Positions 8,731 to 16,969 of a stretch of DNA of 64,000 nucleotides are shown here, piece after piece. The position numbers and the translations under genes are program-made. Source of the stretch: a virus; the IMG/VR virus record IMGVR_UViG_3300036828_000667, positions 49,839-113,838 of that record; one strand, given 5' to 3'. The notes beneath the pieces are model-generated. The model was not told where the DNA came from, searched no databases, and was given only the letters and a program-made list of their open reading frames with translations. Numbering within the stretch: position 1 is the first letter of the stretch; the number at the start of each line of letters is the position of its first letter.

Positions 8731-9302
8731 AATCAAAAACAATAAAACTTATCAGGAACCGTAACGTCCCCTTACCTGGGGACGTATATATTAAGAGGCT
8801 TGCTGTGTATCGTGTCGTCATGTACGATGAGACTAACGATACTACACTATTCGCTACCACTAACGATATCATTACTATCTATGGTCAAATACCACGGTTG
8901 GAGATAAGAAAAAACGACTTTTACCCTTGTCCCTACCAGCTACTAGGTCCTGCCATTCAGGTATTCGAACTAGATGAAAAATACAGTGAAAAGAGTCTAG
9001 TAAACCTACAAGACTATCGCTTACAGCATGTCAAAACATATGAGAGGATCGGCCTACCTGAATTGTTTGAAGACATTGAAGACGCAAGGACTAGAGTTTA
9101 CACAGTGCCAGACGAGCAAGGAGAACAATTTCCTGGACTGAAAGGAAAGTCGTTCCAGGTATTGGTACCTTTCATGTGCATCTCAAAAGGGACATATAAA
9201 GAACGTTATCAGACACTTGACTTGCCAGCTGATAAGGGGTATTTCAAAGCAATGAGATATACGGCATGGCCAATCTTCTACGTCCCCAGTAGATTTGAAT
9301 AA
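8727..9302 (+). CDS. Hypothetical protein
   Basis: 191 aa, overlapping stop/start. Confidence 0.7.
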   Translation: MKSKTIKLIRNRNVPLPGDVYIKRLAVYRVVMYDETNDTTLFATTNDIITIYGQIPRLEIRKNDFYPCPYQLLGPAIQVFELDEKYSEKSLVNLQDYRLQHVKTYERIGLPELFEDIEDARTRVYTVPDEQGEQFPGLKGKSFQVLVPFMCISKGTYKERYQTLDLPADKGYFKAMRYTAWPIFYVPSRFE

Positions 9303-9377
9303 TCACTTGCGTCGTACCATCAGAGATGATAGGGAGCCAATCATGACATTCCTGGTGACGTGATATGAGGTAATTAT

Positions 9378-9584
9378 ATGAGACGGTCAGATGATTTGCT
9401 GATACTTTTAATTCGAGAACACCATATACAACTATCACCAAGAACTGTGAAATCACTACTAACTAGCATAGGTCTCTTGTCCAACAACAAATATCTAAGT
9501 GCAACTCAGGTGAAAAAGTTCAGAAAACCACGGATAAGTTCTAGTTCTAAAAAAGTAGCAGTAAAAAGAGGGAAAGTAACATGA
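9378..9584 (+). CDS. Small basic hypothetical protein
   Basis: GAGG RBS, overlaps next gene. Confidence 0.5.
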   Translation: MRRSDDLLILLIREHHIQLSPRTVKSLLTSIGLLSNNKYLSATQVKKFRKPRISSSSKKVAVKRGKVT

Positions 9585-9823
9585 CGAAGCATGTAATGAA
9601 TATTCTAGATCAAACTGGCCACACTACTATCGGATGGGATGCAGGCAACGAACAGGAAATAGCTATTGCTAAAGAAGCTTTCGATAGTGCTATAAAGAAA
9701 GGATACCATGCGTTTCACGTTATTGAAGAAAAGGGTGGAGAGACTAGACGTGGAGAACGTATGACAAGATTTGATTCTGACGCAGAACGGATGATCCTGA
9801 TGCCGCAATTACAAGGAGGTTGA
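9581..9823 (+). CDS. Small protein ending in a di-glycine (..PQLQGG)
   Basis: 80 aa, C-terminal GG, coupled to the next gene. Confidence 0.75.
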   Translation: MTKHVMNILDQTGHTTIGWDAGNEQEIAIAKEAFDSAIKKGYHAFHVIEEKGGETRRGERMTRFDSDAERMILMPQLQGG

Positions 9824-9824
9824 T

Positions 9825-10508
9825 ATGATATTTGCCGCCTATCAACGATCTATAGGCATCTCCACACCTCTCCCACAGTCTGTAATTTTTACAATGGCCG
9901 ACTCTATGACAAATACCTGTAGCTCAACCTATCCAACCTATCCAGTCTGGCATAATAACATAATAGTTTTTAACGACAGTACTCGTACATATAGTGTATA
10001 TAACCCCACCACCTGTACCAACAACACGGTTGCAAGCACCTGTTTTCCTATTATACTCCAATGGCCAGATTGGCATGATCACATTTCTATGCCAAACATT
10101 ATCCAAGAAAGGATGGAGGCAGAGAACGCTAGGCTAGAACTCCAAAGACAAGCTATTGCGGAAGCTAATAGAATTGAAATGGAGAGAGCTAAGGAAAGAA
10201 GACTTAGCTCTGAGAAGGCCAAGCAGTTACTTCTAGAACACCTAACGTCTGAACAACGTGAAACAGTTGAGAAGAATGGATGGTTTGTTATCGAAGGTGG
10301 TCGATCGAAGAAACGTTACCGGATAAGATCCAGTGGTGTTACTGGTAATGTTGAGGAGATGGATGGAGAAAGAGTCATAGCCAAATATTGTTGTCACATA
10401 TCACATAGTTATCCACGCTCGGACCATCATCTCACCCAAAAGCTCATGCTAGAATGGGATGAAGAAACCTTCTTACGACTAGCTAATAAAACTGCGATAG
10501 GCTCATAG
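9825..10508 (+). CDS. Conserved hypothetical protein (coiled coil plus C-terminal YCCH/P..D domain)
   Basis: AGGAGG RBS, globular C-terminal domain. Confidence 0.75.
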   Translation: MIFAAYQRSIGISTPLPQSVIFTMADSMTNTCSSTYPTYPVWHNNIIVFNDSTRTYSVYNPTTCTNNTVASTCFPIILQWPDWHDHISMPNIIQERMEAENARLELQRQAIAEANRIEMERAKERRLSSEKAKQLLLEHLTSEQRETVEKNGWFVIEGGRSKKRYRIRSSGVTGNVEEMDGERVIAKYCCHISHSYPRSDHHLTQKLMLEWDEETFLRLANKTAIGS

Positions 10509-10835
10509 TCTCTCAAATGACAACCAGCAACCTGTACGGTTATGCTCGGCCTTGGTGGAGACAAGCAAGCGTAGCCTTTGATCTTTGACCAGTTCAAGAA
10601 ACTCCTCGCAGTGTGGTAGTCGCAAAAACTCATTGGTTGCTTCAGTAAGATCGTCTAGGGGAACGAATGAATCCTGCCAGTGCGCACCAATGAGCAATGT
10701 GATCTGGACTGTCAGTTCGTCTTTTTGGGTAGTCATGTGCTCTCGCCTGTAATAAGGTGTGTAAAAAGGAATGTAACAATGAAAAAACGAATTATCAAGA
10801 AGGCCATGCGAAAAAATATGGTGTGGTGCACCCAT
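10503..10835 (-). CDS. Hypothetical protein (likely start MTTQKDE)
   Basis: Minus-strand ORF, GAGAG before the internal ATG. Confidence 0.45.
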   Translation of the reverse strand: MGAPHHIFSHGLLDNSFFHCYIPFYTPYYRREHMTTQKDELTVQITLLIGAHWQDSFVPLDDLTEATNEFLRLPHCEEFLELVKDQRLRLLVSTKAEHNRTGCWLSFERL

Positions 10836-11063
10836 GAAGTCTATGCCCCAAACATATTACCGTGTTCAGATCTTAACTGCCCCTTCAAGGAAGACAAAGC
10901 CCGCTTAGCCAAGCCAAAAGAACTCAAGCAATGCAGGTCATTTCAAATAACCAAGCCTACTGACGAGTTCGAAAACTCGGTTAGCGTCCTCATAGCAAAG
11001 AGAAAAGCAGTACCTGAGATAATACCAGATAAAACCATTAGACGAAAGATAGCAGTCGCCTGA
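10680..11063 (+). CDS. Basic Cys-containing hypothetical protein (likely start MKKRII)
   Basis: AAGGA before internal ATG; abuts next gene. Confidence 0.55.
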   Translation: MRTNEQCDLDCQFVFLGSHVLSPVIRCVKRNVTMKKRIIKKAMRKNMVWCTHEVYAPNILPCSDLNCPFKEDKARLAKPKELKQCRSFQITKPTDEFENSVSVLIAKRKAVPEIIPDKTIRRKIAVA

Positions 11064-11064
11064 G

Positions 11065-11490
11065 ATGGTGAAGATACGTAATGTCGACCTGAGTGATCTA
11101 GTCGACCAATTCAAGGACTTCACAAAAGTCCTTGGACCCGAGGAGGTCAAAATCCTCTCTGATGCTGATCTCCTCCTACATGTTACCATACCTCATGACG
11201 AACCTGGGAAGCTAGCCTACTTAAGCAAGAGCGCTCAAATCCAATCTAAGCTCAATAACCTTCTTTCACGACTATCCTATATTTTTAATATGACCACTAT
11301 CGATAGAGATAGTTATTGGGGAAACTTGATAGAATCACAAGAAGTCGAAGGCCGAGAAAAACGATACATAGCCTTAACACGTGATCCTAAATTCAGAGAT
11401 TTAGAAGAGACCAAGTCAGCCTTGGAAGTCATACGGGATCACACTAGTAGTTTACTTTGGATACTCAAAACCATAGCCGGGAGGCTGTAA
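11065..11490 (+). CDS. Helical hypothetical protein (possibly UvsY-like)
   Basis: Size and coiled-coil pattern only. Confidence 0.6.
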   Translation: MVKIRNVDLSDLVDQFKDFTKVLGPEEVKILSDADLLLHVTIPHDEPGKLAYLSKSAQIQSKLNNLLSRLSYIFNMTTIDRDSYWGNLIESQEVEGREKRYIALTRDPKFRDLEETKSALEVIRDHTSSLLWILKTIAGRL

Positions 11491-11491
11491 A

Positions 11492-11773
11492 TTGGCAAAA
11501 GCAACAACGCGAGAACGTCAACCATTGACTAAGCGTGCGTTGCGTATTTATATAATAGTCAAACAGTACGGTCCCCCAGTAGGACTTCCTATGTCCGTAG
11601 TGGACATACAGAAATATATTCCAGAAATAACCGTTGATTGTATCAGTCCACGTATGCCAGAGCTTCGTGAAAAAAGATGGCTTCTGCGTATTGGAAAAGC
11701 ACCGCGTCCAAATCGAACTGGACGTTCGCAAAGCCAGTGGGTTTATAGAGTAATTAACGAGGATGAACTTTGA
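11492..11773 (+). CDS. Winged-helix-like DNA-binding protein
   Basis: ISPRMPELREK...R..RTGR....Y pattern. Confidence 0.6.
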   Translation: MAKATTRERQPLTKRALRIYIIVKQYGPPVGLPMSVVDIQKYIPEITVDCISPRMPELREKRWLLRIGKAPRPNRTGRSQSQWVYRVINEDEL

Positions 11774-11810
11774 GTGGCAACAGATGGACGTGTAGCTCAG
11801 CGGTAGCATC

Positions 11811-12338
11811 ATGGCAAAACACAATGAAGAAAATGATCTATGGTTCCTTAGCAAAATCGCAGATGGAACCATTTCTGTATCCGAAGACGGAGAGGTCTTC
11901 AACAACAAGACAGGTAGATATATAGGCGCTCAACAAGGAGCAGGTTACCTTAAGATTTCTATGGCAAAGAGAGTTGATGGAAAACTTGTTATTGTCCATA
12001 TGCAAATCCATAGGTTAGTATGGCTACATTTCAAAGGACCTATTCCTCAGGGACTAGAAGTCAATCACAAAGATTTAAACAAATCGAACCCACGATTGTC
12101 AAATCTAGATTTACAAACACCCAAAGGGAATGCTGAACATGCCACCTTAAATGGTGTTGACCGACGCTCAAAAACAGGAGGCCATAAAAACGCTAATGCC
12201 AAATTTACACGTGAACAAGTCGAGATGCTACGGAGACAATTCAAATCGAAAGAAACCACAGTTAAAGAAATAATGATAAACTATAGTGTTTCTAAGCCAG
12301 TTGTGTATTGGATGCTGGAAGGAAGGACCTATAAATAG
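11811..12338 (+). CDS. HNH homing endonuclease
   Basis: HRLVW..F.G.IP.GLEVNHKD.NK.N....NL. Confidence 0.9.
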   Translation: MAKHNEENDLWFLSKIADGTISVSEDGEVFNNKTGRYIGAQQGAGYLKISMAKRVDGKLVIVHMQIHRLVWLHFKGPIPQGLEVNHKDLNKSNPRLSNLDLQTPKGNAEHATLNGVDRRSKTGGHKNANAKFTREQVEMLRRQFKSKETTVKEIMINYSVSKPVVYWMLEGRTYK

Positions 12339-12363
12339 CTACTAACCTGTAGGATTTATAACA

Positions 12364-12693
12364 ATGGTAGAATTTGGAGCGTTCATTCGCAAAGAACGAG
12401 AGGCCAGAGATATTAGCTTACGAAAGATGGCCAAGAAGATTGGTGTAAGTGCAACCTATCTATCACAAGTGGAACTTGATAGGTTCCCACCACCAACTGA
12501 GGATAGGGTAAAGGCTATTGCCAAGATCATTGACTGTAATCCTGACTACCTACTGGCCAAAGCTGGACGGATCTCGACCGACATTTCCGACATCATTAAA
12601 CGTCGTCCGATCGAGCTTTCGATGCTTATTCGAGCCGCCAAGTACTTGAGTAACGATGACATTGCCCAATTGATTAATGCGGCGTCAGCGTAG
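12364..12693 (+). CDS. XRE-family HTH transcriptional regulator
   Basis: FGAFIRKERE...SLRKMA..IGVSATYLSQVE. Confidence 0.9.
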   Translation: MVEFGAFIRKEREARDISLRKMAKKIGVSATYLSQVELDRFPPPTEDRVKAIAKIIDCNPDYLLAKAGRISTDISDIIKRRPIELSMLIRAAKYLSNDDIAQLINAASA

Positions 12694-12787
12694 GAGCCTC
12701 ACTGGTAAGTCTTTTAGGCCTGGAGGCCCTACCACCTGGCCTGTCCATAATTCGCGTCAGTGGGCTTCCAACAAAGAGGAGAGGGTA

Positions 12788-12973
12788 ATGCGTTGCGATC
12801 GGTGTCAGGGAACAGGCTGGGATCGGGCAGGAGTACACCCTGTACTTGGGCCGCTCTTCGATTGCAACCATCCGTGTACTGAATGCGGCGGGTCAGGCAT
12901 CGCCCACTGTTGCGACGGCATCTGCGAACAGCCTTCAATTGACAAGTCTATAGATGACAAGCTAACATCTTGA
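12788..12973 (+). CDS. Small DnaJ-type zinc-finger protein
   Basis: CDRCQGTG...CTECGGSG; GGAGAGG RBS. Confidence 0.65.
   Translation: MRCDRCQGTGWDRAGVHPVLGPLFDCNHPCTECGGSGIAHCCDGICEQPSIDKSIDDKLTS
12938..12968 (+). promoter_or_regulatory. Sigma70-type promoter driving U5
   Basis: TTGACA-N18-TAACAT. Confidence 0.55.
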
Positions 12974-13046
12974 CGCCTACCGTACCACTCCGACGCCAAC
13001 CACACCGAGCCGGTCCATACCTTTCCAAACCAAACCACACTTTTTT
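12974..13046 (+). ncRNA. Pentamer-coded guide-like unit U5
   Basis: 13 periods ending ACCAAACCACAC-TTTTTT. Confidence 0.75.
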
Positions 13047-13224
13047 ATTACTACTAGATATTCAGGAAAGGCGAACATGAGAGGTTAGGTTAAACTAACT
13101 TCGTTCTTCCTTTAGCTCAGCTACAAACTTCTTAATCAGAGTTGTTAAGGTTGGAGTGTGCTTAGCTGGAAAGTTACCAGCAAGTACCTTGGCAATAGCA
13201 TACCGAATTACCTTAAACTCTTCC

Positions 13225-13476
13225 TCAGTTAGCTCCAACGTTATCACTAGGCACCTCGCCTTTCTTTATCACGCTAACCTTACTATCATCGATCTTCAGA
13301 GTAAACCTCTTATTATCCACAACTTCTCGCCATCTATTTTCCTCAATATAAGCACAGGCTTTAAGGTAGTCCGTCAAACAAAAAACATGAGTATGTATCT
13401 GTGACCAACACGGATGCTCACGGCATAAGTGTTCAATCTTGGCGGCTAACTCCCTGAGTGGTGATTGCATACCCAA
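13225..13476 (-). CDS. Hypothetical protein
   Basis: GGAGG near start, plausible composition. Confidence 0.5.
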   Translation of the reverse strand: MGMQSPLRELAAKIEHLCREHPCWSQIHTHVFCLTDYLKACAYIEENRWREVVDNKRFTLKIDDSKVSVIKKGEVPSDNVGAN

Positions 13477-13571
13477 CCTCCCTTTTGTGTGACCATAAAG
13501 TTACACTTAAATTGAATCTGATTCTGGGAATTGACCTGCCAAGGCTGATAGGCGAAAACTCATATTGCAAG

Positions 13572-13641
13572 GTCGAACCGCTGCCTTGCTTGCCAAACCG
13601 GGCCAAGCCGGCGCGGACCAAACCTCCGCACACCGCACAAT
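13572..13641 (+). ncRNA. Pentamer-coded guide-like unit U6
   Basis: 13 periods decoding to EALLKGKGGKSTA, the peptide encoded at 13756-13794. Confidence 0.9.
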
Positions 13642-13676
13642 GGGAGTAGTCAAATGGCTTGCAGACTACTCCCATT
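13639..13676 (+). terminator. Stem-loop 3' of U6
   Basis: AATGGGAGTAGTC...GACTACTCCCATT 13-bp stem. Confidence 0.65.
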
Positions 13677-13695
13677 AACACAGGAGTAAAACAAC

Positions 13696-14337
13696 ATGCT
13701 AATTTCAGTCACGATCTCCGGAATCCGACCTTTAATCCTCGACGCGTTTTCCGAGGAAGCGTTGCTTAAGGGGAAGGGAGGAAAGAGTACAGCCCAGCCC
13801 AAGGAACTGAGTCCCTTGGATCAAGCCAAGCGTAGGTTATACTATAATGGAGATGGTACCGACGTTCCTATATTCCCAGCAGACAACCTACTCAGCTGTA
13901 TCATCGCTGCCGGGCGGTTTATCAAGGTCGGGAAAAGGCAACTAACTACTCGCGACAGTACGACAGTAACTTCATTCCTACAGATATCAGAACTATATCT
14001 TCCCATTAGGTCGATAGATGGATGGCGAGTCGACTCCAGGAGCATCGTCAACCCGTCTACAAAAGGTCGTCACATATGCTACCGTCCCATCTTTGACGAC
14101 TGGGAGTTAGATTTCACGCTCGACATCGATACGAATGAAGCGAGCGACAGCTTGGTTAGACAGTTGATTGATAGAGCAGGTAGGTTTATCGGGATCGGGG
14201 TCATGCGGCCCGAAAGGAAGCGGCAGTATGGGCAATACGTGGTGCGCTGCTGGGATTGCCGTTCAGAACATGAAGAGCTTGACAACATACCAAAACTTGC
14301 TAAGAAAACTAAGACTAGATCGAAAGAACTAGTCTAA
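13696..14337 (+). CDS. Stand-alone RAMP / Cas7-like RNA-binding protein, candidate effector of the pentamer guides
   Basis: N-terminal strand ISGIRPLIL, PIFPADNLLSCI (cf. RAMP P.IPGSSLKG), C-terminal Gly-rich loop GIGVMRPERKRQYGQYVV; AGGAG RBS. Confidence 0.75.
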   Translation: MLISVTISGIRPLILDAFSEEALLKGKGGKSTAQPKELSPLDQAKRRLYYNGDGTDVPIFPADNLLSCIIAAGRFIKVGKRQLTTRDSTTVTSFLQISELYLPIRSIDGWRVDSRSIVNPSTKGRHICYRPIFDDWELDFTLDIDTNEASDSLVRQLIDRAGRFIGIGVMRPERKRQYGQYVVRCWDCRSEHEELDNIPKLAKKTKTRSKELV

Positions 14338-14467
14338 CACTGGTTCATCGCGGACCGTACCGGAGCGTGCCATGCCCGTCCCCGCCGAGCCCGACCAAAC
14401 CAGACCCAACCTACGCGGACCCAGCCTATCCTTAGCGTAGCACACCGCACAGTTAAGGCCAAAACCA

Positions 14468-14511
14468 GAAGGAAGGAGATACGGAAATGAAACCACGCAT
14501 CTCCTTCCTTC
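14468..14511 (+). terminator. Stem-loop 3' of unit A
   Basis: GAAGGAAGGAGAT...ATCTCCTTCCTTC. Confidence 0.6.
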
Positions 14512-15110
14512 AAACCCAAGTTTCGAACAATCCATGCCACTGCAAACCGCGCCAGCCCTATGCCTACCACTGTGAACCGCTCCACACCATTCTTTTATCA
14601 ATTATCAAGTCAACACTCCGAACCAGACCCCGCCTTACCCAACAGCACCCCACCAAACCGGACCGACCCACTCCAATGTGCACCTCAGCAGACCGAAGCA
14701 CACCATACTTTATCAATTGCCTTCCCGACCCGAGCTATGCCCAACCGACCCGACCCACTCCGGGCCGCACCCCTCCCTCCCATCCCGCAGCACACCATAC
14801 TTTATTTCATTACGACTCTCCGGCCCTACGCCAACCACACCAGCCCGGAGCGTGCCATACCGCACCATACTTTTATCATTTCAATGCGCACCGTCCCTCA
14901 CCGTGCCATCTCTCACCCGACCATACCATCCCTCCCCACCTCGGCCCGGACCCCGCCGATGCAAACCACACCATACTTTATCAATTTTCAGAACCATCCC
15001 GACCGTACCAGTGCGCGCCATTCCAATGCAGCCCTCGCCTCCGCATGTCAGGCCGCCCCGACCCATGCCGCACCAAACCACACTTTCTTTATCAACTAAG
15101 GAGAACCAGC

Positions 15111-15311
15111 ATGACCACACATCGTCCCACATTCGAAGACTGGCAGCTAGACTTCACTTTGGATTATAATGAAACTGAAATAGATGAAGGTACTATACGT
15201 AAGCTAATCGAAGTAGTAGCTGGAACGCACATAGGACTTGGCTCTATGCGCCCAGAACGACATGGACCCTATGGACAGTTTAAGATCAAGGAATGGACTC
15301 CACATTCTTAG
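15111..15311 (+). CDS. 66-aa truncated paralog of the RAMP protein C-terminus
   Basis: AAGGAG RBS; RPTFEDWQLDFTLD...IGLGSMRPERHGPYGQF aligns with RPIFDDWELDFTLD...IGIGVMRPERKRQYGQY. Confidence 0.8.
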   Translation: MTTHRPTFEDWQLDFTLDYNETEIDEGTIRKLIEVVAGTHIGLGSMRPERHGPYGQFKIKEWTPHS

Positions 15312-15598
15312 TCTTATCCATCTCTGCTTACCGTAGCCCTCATCACCGCACCCGTGAGCACCGACCCATGCCTGAGCCTACCTCAGCATACCCAACCGCA
15401 GCAACCCGGTGCGAACCAAACCACACTATTTTTTATACAATTTCAACTTACCGTCCCGGCCCGAGCCAGTCCATCGTGCGCCGACCCGTCGCTCCCCATA
15501 CCGCACTATACTTTATTCATTACCAACCATGCCATACCATGCCATTCCGGAACGCTGCCCTCCGGTCCACACCACACTTTCTTTAGGAGTTTAACCAG

Positions 15599-15844
15599 AT
15601 GGCAAAGGTAACTGGTATTGACGGTAAAAGCTTTATCAAAGGTCAACGTTTTGGTAAGCTAGTTGCGGTACGTCCACTAGGCTGGAGTAGTGACCGCAGC
15701 TGGTGTTGGCTATGTAAGTGTGATTGCGGCAATGAGACTATCTTAAGTGCTAACAGACTTCGAAGTGGTGAAGTTCAAGCTTGTGGATACGCTGTAACTA
15801 TAAAATCAGACACAAATGAGGAACACTGTAACGGACAGATATAA
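15599..15844 (+). CDS. N-terminal fragment of an HNH/AP2-type endonuclease family protein
   Basis: GQRFGKLV...W.CKCDCG......LRSG...CG; no nuclease domain. Confidence 0.65.
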   Translation: MAKVTGIDGKSFIKGQRFGKLVAVRPLGWSSDRSWCWLCKCDCGNETILSANRLRSGEVQACGYAVTIKSDTNEEHCNGQI

Positions 15845-16158
15845 TGACAAAGCCTACCATTACTGTCAAACAGAATCCCAATGAAGGTGACGTAGCTGAC
15901 TTCGTAGTTTGTCACCGTGTTTCTGTGCTACCTATCCCGTACGTGTCAGCTGAGATCCAACATTGCTCCAGATGTAACGAAAGGATATGGGTTGCAAACA
16001 CCTCTCCATCTAAGCCTCCTAAACTATGCTGGGAATGTTCAATTCCTCTAATTGCCAAAGACGACGATACAAGAATAATGATTACCGAACGGCAACGGGC
16101 AGAGGTTCAGAAGTATATGCAACTAGTCCAGAAACTCCAGGAGAAAAATGAAAAGTGA
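15844..16158 (+). CDS. Zinc-binding hypothetical protein
   Basis: CSRC...CWEC. Confidence 0.65.
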   Translation: MTKPTITVKQNPNEGDVADFVVCHRVSVLPIPYVSAEIQHCSRCNERIWVANTSPSKPPKLCWECSIPLIAKDDDTRIMITERQRAEVQKYMQLVQKLQEKNEK

Positions 16159-16408
16159 ACGTCATAAGATGCTCGAAATAGCCATGAGGTATCTCGACAG
16201 ACTATTCAACGGTAATGATAAAACAATAGAAAAAAGCACTGGAATTGTATTACTTACGTTCTCCTTTACTGACGAAGATGGTAATCATTGCGGTGATGAC
16301 AATGGGACTATCATCACCAATGGCATAGAAAGGGAACACATTGTAGGCATTATGGAAGCAATGCTAGAAAGACTGAAGGCAGACGATATACTTTTCAGAC
16401 GACATTAA
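16148..16408 (+). CDS. Hypothetical protein, paralog of the 7484-8080 C-terminal half
   Basis: LDRLFNG...TGIVLLTF.F...ITNG. Confidence 0.7.
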   Translation: MKSERHKMLEIAMRYLDRLFNGNDKTIEKSTGIVLLTFSFTDEDGNHCGDDNGTIITNGIEREHIVGIMEAMLERLKADDILFRRH

Positions 16409-16414
16409 AGACCT

Positions 16415-16969
16415 TTAAGTAGCATCATAGGCAAACTCACCAGCCAAACGTTTGGAAGCTTCCTCATACGCCTGAACCGCCTCTTCTACTGTGTTAAAGG
16501 TACCGATCTGAACGTCTTTATACATATGTTTTATTCTAGCCTCCCATTTTCCTGTGCTTTTCTTGTACCTTACTCCCTTAAAACCACTTGTATTATTTTT
16601 GAACATAGGACGATTGTAGCAATTCTGCTGTGTCGTCGCTGGACGAAGATTAGTCCATATATTGTTACCTGGATTTAGATCCTTATGATCTATCTCATAA
16701 TTAGGCCATTCTCCTGTCACATATAACCATATAATACGATGTACTTGATACATTCTGCCATTAACTTTTACCTGTATACGTCCTCCTTTCTTAATAGAAC
16801 CCGCCGTACTTCCAATAACAATCCTCCAGTTTAACGCCTCCTTCCATGTAAGTATACCAGTTTCAGGATCATAGTTAAAAATCTGCCTAACAAACTCAGC
16901 TGTTAGACTATTGTTATAGATACGAGTCCCCATTTTTACGCTCCTGTAGTGGCAGCCTTTACTGCCCAA
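16415..16969 (-). CDS. HNH endonuclease with C-terminal AP2 domain (likely start 16933)
   Basis: YDPETG, HRIIW, IDHKD....NN...NLR, NNTSGFKGV..W.A.I. Confidence 0.9.
   Translation of the reverse strand: MGSKGCHYRSVKMGTRIYNNSLTAEFVRQIFNYDPETGILTWKEALNWRIVIGSTAGSIKKGGRIQVKVNGRMYQVHRIIWLYVTGEWPNYEIDHKDLNPGNNIWTNLRPATTQQNCYNRPMFKNNTSGFKGVRYKKSTGKWEARIKHMYKDVQIGTFNTVEEAVQAYEEASKRLAGEFAYDAT

Larger units (their letters stand above)
14344..15585 (+). repeat. Array of 10 pentamer-coded units: A 14344-14454, B 14526-14603, C 14612-14718, D 14719-14811, E 14814-14881, F 14885-14986, G 14992-15097, H 15325-15442, I 15445-15521, J 15526-15585
   Basis: Strict 5-nt period with CC/GC at fixed positions; units B-J closed by a conserved ACC(AT/AC)ACTTT(T)ATCAATT-like tail, unit A by ACCGCACAGTT. 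Confidence 0.9.

Noticed and set aside
13100-13160. tRNA-Lys-like words (TTAGCTCAG, CTTAATCAG)
   Set aside because: No cloverleaf; the region reads as a plausible short minus-strand ORF (..ITLELTEEEFKVIRYAIAK..)
14814-15521. Short matches of units E, F, G, H and I to window proteins (GYQT, PVEII, IALTR, VFSP, ILSPT)
   Set aside because: Runs of 4-5 residues are expected by chance across about 20,000 codons and two orientations
14344-15585. Canonical CRISPR array
   Set aside because: Tails are short and degenerate, the intervening blocks are internally periodic and variable in length, and there are no cas1/cas2 genes
14329-15611. Long Pro/Arg/Thr-rich ORFs across the array (14487-15311, 14560-15099, 14678-15169, 15293-15586 etc.)
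   Set aside because: By-products of the C-rich 5-nt period, open in several frames at once; only 15111-15311 has an RBS and homology
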